DNA of 64,000 bases from Pedobacter sp. (GCA_050253415.1 JBFWJC010000004.1:256001-320000), one strand, 5' to 3'; positions 16,990 to 27,306 are shown, counted from the first letter of the stretch. Notes: a model not told the origin generated them from the sequence alone. Made by a program: numbers and translations.

Positions 16990-17982
16990 GGAACCTGCCG
17001 GGCGAGGCGCCATCCCGCGGTCTGGATTTTGTTCGTTTGGTTTCTTAAACACTTCAACTTCTACACCGCCGGTCCCGGCCGGCAGCCGGCTTACTTTCTT
17101 TACCCGTCTATAGAAAGTAAGCAAAGAAAGGACGTAATGTCTGGCTTCGCCGTTATGTCTGTCGCGAAGGAGCTTGGCTCGACGCACCTTGCTGGGCAAA
17201 GACAAACGGCGCGTCTGCGTAGGGCTTCATTTGCCGGCGGAGGTGAGGCGCACAGCTCGCCGCGTCGCTGTTGCAGGCACCGGCGCTGCTAGTTTTTATA
17301 AACGCTTTTGCGATTATTTTCGCTTTCGCCTCTGCCGTTTATCCCCTGTGACGCAGCCGGAGTGGAGCGACCGGCGGGCGAAACAGGCGGAGGACTGAGC
17401 GTAGCGAATCTTCTCCGCCCGCCGGGCGGGGGCGCGGCCCCGCGATCTTGAAGTTGGTTTGGTTTTTCTTGAAACCTCAACCTCAACACCGCCGGTCCCG
17501 GCCGGCAGCCGGGATACTTTCTTTGCAAGGCCCCAAAGAAAGTATCCAAAGAAATGGTTTGGCTTCGCCGTTATGTCTATCGCGAAGGAGCTTGGCTCGA
17601 TGCGCCTTACCGGTAACGGATAAGCCATACGTCTTCGTAGGGCTTCATTTGCCGGCTGAAGAGAGGCGCGTAGCTCGCAGCACAGCCGTCGCCGGCACCG
17701 GCGCTGCTGCCTCGAGAAGACCACAAGCACGTTTTGCTTTAGATTTCAACCAACTGCTCCTTGACGCCCGTTCGCAAGAGACGAACCCTCTCGTAGCAAC
17801 CTCCCAACGGCCGACAAAAGGAGAGCCGAAAGAAACCTCCGACGCCATCCATCGAACGCCGGTCGTTAACCTCCGACCCCCGTCGCGCCATGCCCCCCGC
17901 AGGGGAGCCCTTTTTTGCTTACTTTTTGTGGGCTTGGACAAAAAGTCAGGCGCCGGGCGGGGGCGCGTCCCCGCGGTCTTAG
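16990..17982 (+). repeat. Second array of the modular repeat (A, internally deleted B, diverged A, variant module)
   Basis: Same A/B sequences as 10455-12915. Confidence 0.9.
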
Positions 17983-18049
17983 TCTTAGCCTTGGATTTAC
18001 AAAAGATGCACAATAAATTCTGCGCCCAATCGCACCACATCCCGCAACC

Positions 18050-20212
18050 TTATCCGACCAGCATGGGCACATTCCCGCCAGTTTTCCCGGCGATCACATT
18101 GCCGTCACCGGCTTCGAGCTTGAAATTCCCCAACATGGCGTGCAGTTCGTCGGCCCAGCTGGCCAGTTGTTCGGCTGCCGCGGCGGCCTCGGTACTGCTG
18201 GAGGCATTCTGCTGGATGATGCGATCGATACAATCGGCCTCCTGGCTGATATGGCCGATGCGCTCTGCCTGGACATCGGAGGCCGATGCGATTTCATCGA
18301 CCAGTTCCTTGACCTGGGCCACGCCCTGCCCGATCTCCAGCAGCGCGCGGTCGGTGCCGGCCACCACTTCGGAGCCGAGCTGCACTTTTTGCAGGGTGTC
18401 CTGAATCATGCTGCCGGTCTCCCTGGCGGCCCGGGCGCTGCGCGCGGCCAGGTTGCGCACTTCTTCGGCGACCACGGCGAACCCCTTGCCGTGGCTGCCG
18501 GCGCGGGCTGCTTCGACCGAAGCGTTGAGGGCGAGCAGGTTGGTCTGGAAGGCGATTTCGTCGATCATCTTGATGACCCGGGCGATATCCTGGGTCGACT
18601 GCCGGATCTGTTCCATGGCGGTGACCATATCGTGCATCTGCTGCTGGCCGCTGCCGGCGGCCCGGGCAAGCAGGTCGGTCAAACCGGTGGAGCGCACCGC
18701 GCGCTCGGCATTTTCACGGGCCTGGCGGGCGGTTTCGCCAAGGTTGCCGGTGATATCCTCGAGGGAGGATGCCTGTTGATGGGTACCATGGGAAAGGTCC
18801 TGGCTGGCGCGGGCGATTTCAGCGGCACCGGCGGCGACCTGGTCGCCGGCCTGCCGCATGCGTTGGATCAGACGTCCCAGAGCCGTATTGGCTTTTTGCA
18901 ACGGCTGCCGGATAGGGCCATGGGCCTCAAAGGTGAAGTCGCCGACGGCAAGCCGGTCAAACGCCTCCATGACATCGTTGCGCATGTGGTCGGCAAAGGT
19001 ATCGAGGGCTTTGGCCATCTGCCCCAGCTCGTCCTGACGGGTCAAACCGAGGCGCCGGTCGAGGCGGCCTTTTTCCAGATCCAGAATCATATCCACGGTC
19101 TGATGCAGCGGACGGGTAATGCTGCGCGTGATGTTCCAGCCTGCCAGGGCGGATAACACCACGACCACCAGGGTTATAAGCAAATTGCCCCGCTGCATAT
19201 TGGCAAGCTTGCGGGAAACGCTCTGTTCGCGGGAAAGCAGCAAAGCGGCTGATTCGCCGATCGCCGAAGCGTTGGCGTTGGTCAGGTTCTCAAGCTGGCC
19301 CTGCAGTTGGTCAAGAGCGCTCAGGGCCTGCTCGGAGGACTGCTTGACCTGCTGGTTGAGCAACCCCACCACCTCGTGCTGTGCCTGCAGGATCTGCCCT
19401 TCCACGGCGAGCACCTGGTCCAGATCGACGGACATCGATTTGACGGTGCTCGGGAACTCGTCGCGATACAGGATCCGGGCCTGTTCCCAGTTGCTTTCCA
19501 TGGTCAGGCCGGCGAGCTTGTAGGAAGCATCCCACAGCCGGCTATTGCTCTCGGTGGCCTTGGCCAAGGCCTCGGTCAGCACCGGAAAATCGGCGGCAAA
19601 ACGCTTGTATACCGGGCCTGCGCGGAACTCCTCCAGAGGGGTATCGGTCAGCTCCTCATACAGCAGTTCACCGATGCTGCTTTTGATAAACAGCATGTTG
19701 GCGACCTTGAGGGTCCAGTACAGCTGGGTGCGCTTGATTTCATCAAGGGCTTCGGCCAATCCTTCATGACGCGGCCGCCAGGTGCTGCGAATCTGCTCGT
19801 CGACGGTGCGCAGGGCTTCATCCGCCTGCTGCAGGGACTCCACCGCCGCCTGCGCCTCGGGCAGGGATTTGACCATTTCGGACAGTATGTCGCCGGCCAC
19901 CAGTTGCGACAGGGCATCGGATTGGTCCGCGGAAAACAACTCGGCCCGGGCCGCGTTATTAAGCACCGCGTCACGCAGTCCGTTCAGGTGTGCCACGAGG
20001 TCCGCCCGCGTCTCTTTGAGCTGCGCCGCCCAGATCTCCTGCGCGGTGGGTTCGACCTTGACCAGGGACGACGCACGCAAAGCGTCGCCGAGCTCCTTGT
20101 TGGCCAGACTCAGATCCCGCGTCCCCCACCAGGTCATGGCAAACATCATCCCGACCAGCACGAGTACGGCAGCGAATCCGCATCCCAGACGTTTTCCAAT
20201 GGTTAACTGCAT
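18050..20212 (-). CDS. Methyl-accepting chemotaxis protein
   Basis: Two TMs, HAMP, IAFQTNLLALNASVEAARAGSHGKGFAVVAEEVR. Confidence 0.95.
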   Translation of the reverse strand: MQLTIGKRLGCGFAAVLVLVGMMFAMTWWGTRDLSLANKELGDALRASSLVKVEPTAQEIWAAQLKETRADLVAHLNGLRDAVLNNAARAELFSADQSDALSQLVAGDILSEMVKSLPEAQAAVESLQQADEALRTVDEQIRSTWRPRHEGLAEALDEIKRTQLYWTLKVANMLFIKSSIGELLYEELTDTPLEEFRAGPVYKRFAADFPVLTEALAKATESNSRLWDASYKLAGLTMESNWEQARILYRDEFPSTVKSMSVDLDQVLAVEGQILQAQHEVVGLLNQQVKQSSEQALSALDQLQGQLENLTNANASAIGESAALLLSREQSVSRKLANMQRGNLLITLVVVVLSALAGWNITRSITRPLHQTVDMILDLEKGRLDRRLGLTRQDELGQMAKALDTFADHMRNDVMEAFDRLAVGDFTFEAHGPIRQPLQKANTALGRLIQRMRQAGDQVAAGAAEIARASQDLSHGTHQQASSLEDITGNLGETARQARENAERAVRSTGLTDLLARAAGSGQQQMHDMVTAMEQIRQSTQDIARVIKMIDEIAFQTNLLALNASVEAARAGSHGKGFAVVAEEVRNLAARSARAARETGSMIQDTLQKVQLGSEVVAGTDRALLEIGQGVAQVKELVDEIASASDVQAERIGHISQEADCIDRIIQQNASSSTEAAAAAEQLASWADELHAMLGNFKLEAGDGNVIAGKTGGNVPMLVG

Positions 20213-20297
20213 TTGCGTTCCCTCCTGCTACATAAATTAACGAAAAGGTGCGCTCGCCATCCCTATGCGGCTCAGCGACACCATGCATATCAAGTCA

Positions 20298-20867
20298 TCA
20301 GATAAACAGAAAATCACAGCCCCAGGCGATGCCACGCCCCAGCAAGGTACCGAGCAGCCCGCCGACCAGGACATCGGTCGGGTAATGGGCACCCAGGTAA
20401 ACCCGGGACAGACCGATCAGCACGGCCGAGGTCAACAACAGCGGCACCAGCGTCGGAACCAGACTCCCCAGGCTGCCGTACATGGCAAAGGCGGTCAGCG
20501 TATGCCCCGAGGGGAAAGAAAAACGATCCGGCGGCGGCAGCAGGCAGGACAGGTCCGACCAGCGTTCAAAGGGGCGCGGCCGACGGATCAGATGTTTAAG
20601 GAGGCTGAACAGTCCCACGGCCGCCATGGCCGCCAGCGCCGCTGCGGCTACCGCCAAACGCTCCGGCGTCCCGCCCAGTAGCAACAGGGTAATCCCGACA
20701 GCCCCCCAGAGCGGACCGTCGCCAAGTCGGCTGACGAACTTGAAGCTTGCCGTCAACCACGGGTAGTCCCGTAACCAACCCAGGCGGCGCATCAGCCCGG
20801 CTTCCACGGGTGTGACATAGTGGGCGTAACCGGCGGAAAATCTCTTTTGGACGTAGGAATCGGACAT
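20298..20867 (-). CDS. PAP2-family lipid phosphatase
   Basis: KHLIRRPRP, SFPSGH, SRVYLGAHYPTD. Confidence 0.93.
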   Translation of the reverse strand: MSDSYVQKRFSAGYAHYVTPVEAGLMRRLGWLRDYPWLTASFKFVSRLGDGPLWGAVGITLLLLGGTPERLAVAAAALAAMAAVGLFSLLKHLIRRPRPFERWSDLSCLLPPPDRFSFPSGHTLTAFAMYGSLGSLVPTLVPLLLTSAVLIGLSRVYLGAHYPTDVLVGGLLGTLLGRGIAWGCDFLFI

Positions 20868-20930
20868 GACCCCTCCTGTCTGGCAAAAGGTGAAACGCCA
20901 ACAATCCAGTAATTCCGGCGTTGTAAGAAA

Positions 20931-20984
20931 AGGATATTCCGCTGAGATTTAATAGCTGTTAGCAACTTGCTAGAGTTGTGTTGC
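20931..20984 (-). promoter_or_regulatory. Pho-box-like promoter site 2
   Basis: Minus strand GCAAC-N6-CTAGC-N6-CTAAC-N6-TAAAT-N10-TATCCT. Confidence 0.55.
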
Positions 20985-21051
20985 GGGGAGGGAGAATTAA
21001 GGAGAGACGACTTCAGACTGGTTGCCAGCCACTACCGAAAAGAATAAAGCA

Positions 21052-21161
21052 TCTCACGCTCGTTCGCTTTGCTCACTCAAGCCGCAAAGACGCAAAGCAG
21101 GACAAAACCGCTTTTCTTGGATCCGTTGCGTCTTGAGCGACTGAAAGGAGCGAGCGTGAGA
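21052..21161. repeat. Palindromic REP-like element
   Basis: tctcacgctcgttc...gagcgagcgtgaga terminal inverted repeat; internal aagacgcaa/ttgcgtctt. Confidence 0.55.
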
Positions 21162-21183
21162 ATGGGTTTGCTTTTGTTCTGGA

Positions 21184-22983
21184 TCAAGATTGTGCAAAGG
21201 AGCCATTGGCAGCCATGCCGGGGGTTTCCAGTTCAGACAAAGCACACTGGCGCCGATCGATGAACAGATGGCTGCCGGCAACCTTTTTGGCCTGCTGTTT
21301 CATTTCCACCGCTGCGGTGGAAATCGCGTGGCAAGAGCTAAACGCTCCCCCAACGGCATAAACCGCGCCGATAGACAGACTGACCAGGGGAAAAAACTTG
21401 TGACTGCCATCGCGAGCTTGACTTCGAATCCCCCCCTGTTGCAAATCGCAGGGGTCATAAAGAGCCTTGATCTCCTCATCAAACCGGCGCAACACCTGGT
21501 CACAACGTCGCTGCCAATCGTCGGTACACAACACCGCCAGAAAATCATCGCCGCCGATATGCCCGATAAAATCCAGGCGGCTGTCGGCTTCTTCCTGCAG
21601 CAGGCGAGCGAGCAGGCAAATGACCTGATCGCCGCGACGGTATCCGTAGGTATCGTTGAACGGTTTGAAATGATCGAGGTCGCAATAACAGGCGGCGAAC
21701 GGGGTAGCATCCGCCAGGAGTTTATCCAGGTGTTCGTTGATAAGCACATTGCCCGGCAGCAAAGTCAGGGGGTTGGCATGGCGGGCATGACTGATTTGCA
21801 GATCGGTGATTTCCCGCAACAGGGACAAAAGGGTGCCGGTACCGACATATCTGCCGCTTTCCGTGATGATGAAATCATCCAGGCAGGTAAACTCGCGCGA
21901 GCTGGTAATCTGCTGACTGAGTTGTTCAAGGGGCTGATCTTTTTCGATAATCAGCGGCTGGGCATCCATGAATTTTGCGACCGCCATACGCCCGTAAAGA
22001 TCGCGACCGTAGCGGCTGCCGAGCATGTTCATGAATTGATGGCGCGAAACCAGGCCGACCGGGACATCCCCGTCACCGACCACGGGCAAGGCCTGCACTG
22101 AAGGCAGATCGACAAACATGTCGGCCACTTCATGGACCTGCACTCCGGGCGAAACCGATGGCACCCTGCGAATCAGGCAACTGACATTGCGCATTTTACC
22201 GCTGACCATCGGGCGGTCTTTGCCCATGCCCAAAGCGATCAACCCGACTTTATCCCCGGACAGATCGGGGTGCGAGGACGGCCTGGCGAAGAAATAACCC
22301 TGCCCGAAAGTGACGCCCAATTTGGACACGGCACGGAATTCCGCTTCGGTTTCGATCCCCTCGGCAATCGTCTGGCAACCAAGTTCCTTGGAGATTTCCT
22401 GCATGGAGCGGATAAATTGTCCCTTGGTCGGGTCGGAGTCGATGTTCTGGATGAAATGACGGTCGAATTTAACGAAATCGGGGCGCAACTCCGACCACAG
22501 ACGCAAACCGGCATACCCCGCCCCCAGATCGTCGATGGCCACGGCGAACCCCATGCTGCGATAATGGGCGATGGCGCGCCGCACCAGCTCAAAATCTTCA
22601 ATAGGATAATGTTCGGTCAGTTCGATAACGACCTGGTCCGGCGTAAGCCCCAAATCACGCAAAACCCGACGGGTCATGCCGGAACAGAAATCGGCCTGCA
22701 TCAAGGTCTCCGGACAGACGTTGAGAAACAGCTTGCCCGGCAGCTTGCGGGCAGAAAAATTGGCGATGTGCACTTCGCGACAGAGCCGGTCAAGTTCACC
22801 AAGCCGCCCTGCACGGTCCGCAACGGAAAGCAAGGTGGTCGGCGCATGCAGAGGGCTGTCCGATGGACCGCGCATCAGCGCCTCATAGCCGATGACCACG
22901 CCCGCCTTCAGATCGATGATGGGCTGAAAAAGAGAAGTCAGGCGACGGTTATCGAGAATATCCTTCAGAATTTCGGCCAACAT
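21184..22983 (-). CDS. EAL-CBS-GGDEF c-di-GMP enzyme (RapA-like architecture)
   Basis: YEALMR, ELTE, DDLGAGY, AEGIE, QGY; CBS pair; HIGGDDF. Confidence 0.92.
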   Translation of the reverse strand: MLAEILKDILDNRRLTSLFQPIIDLKAGVVIGYEALMRGPSDSPLHAPTTLLSVADRAGRLGELDRLCREVHIANFSARKLPGKLFLNVCPETLMQADFCSGMTRRVLRDLGLTPDQVVIELTEHYPIEDFELVRRAIAHYRSMGFAVAIDDLGAGYAGLRLWSELRPDFVKFDRHFIQNIDSDPTKGQFIRSMQEISKELGCQTIAEGIETEAEFRAVSKLGVTFGQGYFFARPSSHPDLSGDKVGLIALGMGKDRPMVSGKMRNVSCLIRRVPSVSPGVQVHEVADMFVDLPSVQALPVVGDGDVPVGLVSRHQFMNMLGSRYGRDLYGRMAVAKFMDAQPLIIEKDQPLEQLSQQITSSREFTCLDDFIITESGRYVGTGTLLSLLREITDLQISHARHANPLTLLPGNVLINEHLDKLLADATPFAACYCDLDHFKPFNDTYGYRRGDQVICLLARLLQEEADSRLDFIGHIGGDDFLAVLCTDDWQRRCDQVLRRFDEEIKALYDPCDLQQGGIRSQARDGSHKFFPLVSLSIGAVYAVGGAFSSCHAISTAAVEMKQQAKKVAGSHLFIDRRQCALSELETPGMAANGSFAQS

Positions 22984-24139
22984 AATGGGATCGACCTCTT
23001 CCACATCGAACACCGGGGGCAACAACTTGATACTGCTCACGAACTTGCTCCAGAATATGATCCCAGCACTGCGTTTTGGCATACATACGGGCCGCCTGGC
23101 CCATACACTGACGCTGTTGTGCCATGATGGTTAGATGGGCCATGGCCCTTGCCAGGGCTCCGATGGTCCGCTCCTGGATAATCAGGCCGGTTTCCCCGTG
23201 GCGCACGATGTCCCGAGGGCCGGCGACATCAAAACCGATCACCGGCAACCCCGACGCCATGGCTTCCAGCATGACGTTGCCGAAGGTATCGGTCAGCGAG
23301 GGAAAAACGAACAAGTCGCCGGCAGCGTAGCTTTGCGCCAGGTCTTCGCCCCGCCGATACCCGGCAAACACCACCCCCTCTATAGCGGCCGCCTGCAAAG
23401 AGGCGCGCAGAGGTCCGTCTCCGATCAGCAACAGCCGGTCCGGCCCATCGGCGGGCCGGTTTTGCCAGGCATCCATAAGCAGGGGCAGGTTTTTTTCCGC
23501 CGCCAGCCGGCCGGCATAGACCGCCACCACTTCGTGATCGCCAATGCCCAGTTCACGGCGTACCGCGAGGTTGCGCCTGGCCGGATCGAACAGCCGGGTA
23601 TCGACTCCCCTGCCCCAGACCTTGACATGTTCAAAACCGCGCTGCACAAGCAAGTCACGGGTGGTCGACGTCGGGCACAAGGTGGCACGGGTAGCGTTAT
23701 GGAACCAGCGCAGATAACGCCAGGCCACCGGTTCCAGCCTGCCGAGCTTGTAAGCGGAAAGGTATTGGGGAAAGTTGGTGTGATAGGAACTCACAACCGG
23801 CAAACCGAGTTGCCGGCAGGCGCGCAGTGCCGACCAGCCCAGCGGGCCTTCGGTGGCAATGTGCACCACATCCGGTGAAAAGTTTCGCAGTTCACGCCGC
23901 AGATGGCGCGGTGCGACCATCGGGAGTTGTATCTCCCGGTAAAACGGCAACTGCCAACCGCGCCAGGAGTGGCGGATCAGGCCAGAGATAGCCTCACATT
24001 CCTCCTCGTATTCCGGCACCATAAGCTGGACCTGATCGCCCTGGCGCAGGCAATGCTCGACCAGCCGCCCCAGAGTGCGTGACACCCCGTTGATCTGCGG
24101 CATGTAGGTTTCGGTTACCAGGGTTATACGCAGTGGCAT
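22949..24139 (-). CDS. GT4-family glycosyltransferase
   Basis: TETYMPQINGV, HIATEGPLG, FPSLTDTFGNVMLEAMASGLPV; alternative start at 24184. Confidence 0.92.
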   Translation of the reverse strand: MPLRITLVTETYMPQINGVSRTLGRLVEHCLRQGDQVQLMVPEYEEECEAISGLIRHSWRGWQLPFYREIQLPMVAPRHLRRELRNFSPDVVHIATEGPLGWSALRACRQLGLPVVSSYHTNFPQYLSAYKLGRLEPVAWRYLRWFHNATRATLCPTSTTRDLLVQRGFEHVKVWGRGVDTRLFDPARRNLAVRRELGIGDHEVVAVYAGRLAAEKNLPLLMDAWQNRPADGPDRLLLIGDGPLRASLQAAAIEGVVFAGYRRGEDLAQSYAAGDLFVFPSLTDTFGNVMLEAMASGLPVIGFDVAGPRDIVRHGETGLIIQERTIGALARAMAHLTIMAQQRQCMGQAARMYAKTQCWDHILEQVREQYQVVAPGVRCGRGRSHYVGRNSEGYSR

Positions 24140-24186
24140 GACGGTTTCCAGAGAAGGGGGTGGAACGGACGAATTCGGGCGCATGC

Positions 24187-24303
24187 CTATTTATCCGGAT
24201 ACAACTGCTGCAAACGGCGGGCGGTTCGGATCGCCGAACGGTAGTTGAAAGCCCCGAGCAACCCCAGTCCGACCAGAAACAACAGCCCATATAGAAAAGC
24301 CAT
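24187..24303 (-). CDS. Small single-TM protein, 38 aa (not in ORF track)
   Basis: AAGGAGG RBS then MAFLYGLLFLVGLGLLGAFNYRSAIRTARRLQQLYPDK*. Confidence 0.65.
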   Translation of the reverse strand: MAFLYGLLFLVGLGLLGAFNYRSAIRTARRLQQLYPDK

Positions 24304-24455
24304 GAAACCTCCTTTTTGGCGCACTCGCAGCAGCACCCGCTGTCAGGTTGCGCCGCCCGGGACAGGAGTGGGTTGGAATGGCATGCGATTGCGATGACAT
24401 ACGCGCACCGCCCTCCGGGACCCATCCCGGCCAAGGTGCGTCTGCGACTCACGCA

Positions 24456-24701
24456 TCAACACCAGTCGGCATCCACCACGGACCCGAAACCTGTGCTCTC
24501 GTCGCGCGTACGGTTGAGATGCATGCGCCTTTGCAGGGACGCGCATTGCCGCTCAAGCCGCCGCACCTTGCGATGCAGCCTTTGCAGGCGCCCTTCGCTG
24601 CGCCGGGATTGCCAAAGCCGAGCGAGATTACGCCATGCGTCATCCAGCCAGAGCCTCACATTCAGTATCGCCACCATGGAAATAAGATTCATCATGCGCA
24701 C
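24456..24701 (-). CDS. Small basic hypothetical protein
   Basis: GGAGG RBS; overlaps the stop of the upstream acyltransferase. Confidence 0.55.
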   Translation of the reverse strand: MRMMNLISMVAILNVRLWLDDAWRNLARLWQSRRSEGRLQRLHRKVRRLERQCASLQRRMHLNRTRDESTGFGSVVDADWC

Positions 24702-26515
24702 AGAACCTCCCGGCGGCCGCTGAGCAACCGCTGATAGGTGAAGAAAGCCGCGGCCCCTTCACGTCCCATGTAACGCTGGATGGTTTTCTGGTCGGTCTGC
24801 AGCAGATCGATCAGGATCAACCCGTCCAGCACATCGCTGAACTGCGGATCGAGGTTGAAAGTCAGCAGCTTGCCACCAAGATTAAGATAATGTCGCAGCA
24901 GCACCGGGATCCCCTTCTGTTGCACCTCGATATCGGCCACCAGGGGAGCCACCTGTTCCATGTTGCTGCAAAAGCTTCGGGCCATCTCCCCGCTGCAACC
25001 GCGAATGCGCGCCTTGGCGTGAAACGGCACGCGCGGTTTTACCAGCCGCGACAATTGCGGCAAGGGCATTTCGGCATGCAGGGTGCCGGCTATCAGCTTA
25101 CGGGACAGGTCGCAATAATCGCGGGTAATGCTGACCGGGCCGAACAGCACCCGGTAGCGGGGATTTTTAACCACGAAGCGACCGATCCCCTTCCACAGCA
25201 GCAACAGGGGGGAATAGCTTTTCTGGTATTCGGGCCGTACGAAAGAGCGCCCCAACTCCAGCGCCGGGCCGATGGCGTCGAACATGCGGCGGCGGTATTT
25301 GAACAGGGTATGGGTATACAGCCCCTGTTTGCCGAAACGCTCCAGCAGCGTGTCGCAGCAACCGACACGATAAGCGCCGACCAGCTCATGCCGCTCGCTA
25401 TGCCACAGGAACAGGTGCAGGTAATTCTGATCGAAACGATCCAGGTCAAAGGATCGGCCGGTACCCTCCCCCACCGCTCTGAAGGTGACTTCACGCAGTC
25501 GCCCGATCTCCAGCAACAGGTACGGGATCTGGCTGGCTTCGGCCTGCCACACCTGCAGGGCTCCGCTGTGCACCAGCAATTGGCTTTGCGGCAATCGGGA
25601 CACCTCTTCGGCCAGCAGATCCGCATCCTGAGGCGAAATAATATCTTGCGCAACCTCGCCACCGGAGGCAGCGGAAGACCCTGACGGGGTCACAGCTTCA
25701 CCCAGCAGGTAGGTACGCAAACGCAGATAATCGATGCGTTCGCGGTCATCGGCACACTCGGACAACCGCGACCAGGGCACCGGCCGGCCGCCACGCAACC
25801 GGATCGTACCGCCCTGCTGACGCAACAGCATGCGACCCAGCAACAGGGTGCGCAGGCGTGGATGGACCAATCCGGCCGCCTGGAACAGCATCCCGTTGCG
25901 GCCAGGGATATAAACCGGGATCACGGGTGCCTGGCAGTGGCGGATCAATGCCCCCACCGACGCCTGCCAGGGCGAATCGGCCACTTCGCGGCGACGCAGT
26001 TGCAAGTGCGACACTTCGCCCGCCGGAAAGGTCAGCAACAACCCGCCTTCCCGCACATGGCGGATGGCCTGACGCAATGGTCCGATGTTGACGCGCGCCC
26101 CCTGCGTACCAGTCAGGATATCGACCCCGATGAGGGCCTCGCGCAAAGGCGGCAGACGCTGCAGCAAACTGTTGGCCAGGACTTTGACATCCGGACGAAT
26201 GCGCCGCAGCGCCTCGATCATGACCAGCCCCTCGATGGCACCAAACGGATGGTTGGCCACCACGATAGCCGCCCCCTGGCGAGGAATATGATTCAGGCCC
26301 TCGCCCTCCAGGGCACACGTCACGTTCATACGCTCAAGCACCGCCCGACAAAAATCGTCGGCGGAGTTTGTGGCCGGTAACTGCCGATAGATATCCCGGC
26401 ATTGACGCACCCCGAGAAGTTTTTCCAAAGGATCGGCCACCAGGGTTCTGAATAAACGGTTATGCGCAAGGGGCCAGGGAATATCGAAAGGATCGGACGT
26501 AATGTGGTCGCTCAT
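24692..26515 (-). CDS. PlsC-type acyltransferase fused to GNAT (OlsF-like bifunctional aminolipid synthase)
   Basis: NHPFGAIEG and FPAGEV N-terminal; EIGRLREVTFRAVGEGTG..DLDRFD and LELGRSFV C-terminal. Confidence 0.85.
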   Translation of the reverse strand: MSDHITSDPFDIPWPLAHNRLFRTLVADPLEKLLGVRQCRDIYRQLPATNSADDFCRAVLERMNVTCALEGEGLNHIPRQGAAIVVANHPFGAIEGLVMIEALRRIRPDVKVLANSLLQRLPPLREALIGVDILTGTQGARVNIGPLRQAIRHVREGGLLLTFPAGEVSHLQLRRREVADSPWQASVGALIRHCQAPVIPVYIPGRNGMLFQAAGLVHPRLRTLLLGRMLLRQQGGTIRLRGGRPVPWSRLSECADDRERIDYLRLRTYLLGEAVTPSGSSAASGGEVAQDIISPQDADLLAEEVSRLPQSQLLVHSGALQVWQAEASQIPYLLLEIGRLREVTFRAVGEGTGRSFDLDRFDQNYLHLFLWHSERHELVGAYRVGCCDTLLERFGKQGLYTHTLFKYRRRMFDAIGPALELGRSFVRPEYQKSYSPLLLLWKGIGRFVVKNPRYRVLFGPVSITRDYCDLSRKLIAGTLHAEMPLPQLSRLVKPRVPFHAKARIRGCSGEMARSFCSNMEQVAPLVADIEVQQKGIPVLLRHYLNLGGKLLTFNLDPQFSDVLDGLILIDLLQTDQKTIQRYMGREGAAAFFTYQRLLSGRREVLCA

Positions 26516-26553
26516 AGCGCTTGCCTCCAGTGATGCGGTATCGGAACAAGCGA

Positions 26554-26596
26554 AGGCTAGCGCAGCAAAATTAGGGAAAGGTTATAAATGAGTTAA
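26554..26596 (-). promoter_or_regulatory. Pho-box-like promoter site 3
   Basis: Minus strand TTAAC-N6-ATAAC-N6-CTAAT-N10-TAGCCT. Confidence 0.6.
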
Positions 26597-26625
26597 TTTC
26601 AGGTAGGGATGGGGGATCAGCGAAG

Positions 26626-27160
26626 TTGATGTTAAGGTTTTTAAGAAACCAAACGAGCACCATCTAGACCGCGGGGTCGCGCCCCCGCCCGGCGCCTTAC
26701 TCTTTTAAAGCGCGTCAAAAGAGTAAGCAGAAAAGCGCGCCCCTTTCCTTGCCCGCCTGCGGCGGATACCCTGCATTTCGCAACCGCCGGGCGGACGGAG
26801 AAGATTCGCTGCGCTCAGTCCTCCGCCTTTTTCGCCCGCCAGCCGCTCCACTCCGGCTGCGTCACAGGGGATAAACGGCAGAGGCAAAAGCAAAATTAAA
26901 CGCAAAAGCGTTTATAAAACTAGCAGCACCGGTGCCTGCAACAGCTACGCGGCGAGTTGCGCGCCCCACCTCCGCCGACAAATGAAGCCCTACGCAGTCG
27001 CACCGATTGTTCTTTCTCGGCAAGGTGCGTCAAGCCAAGCCCCTTCGCGCCAGACATAACGGCGAAGCCAGACCCTGCGTCCTTTCTTTGCTTATTTTCT
27101 ATAGACGGGTAAAGAAAGTAAGCCGGCTGCCGGCCGGGACCGGCGAACTTGATGTTAAGG
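26626..27160 (-). repeat. Modular repeat copy (A+B), inverted
   Basis: Reverse complement of the 10455-12915 unit. Confidence 0.9.
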
Positions 27161-27306
27161 TTTCAGCTTTCAAATCTTCCAAACTATCAACTAAATAATT
27201 CGTTTTCCGCCAACAAGCCTCACCTGATAGAATAGTTTTCAAGAGTAAAACGACAAGCCCGATAATCTCCTGGCTTCCTCAGATATTTACCGAAAGGAAC
27301 CACCCC

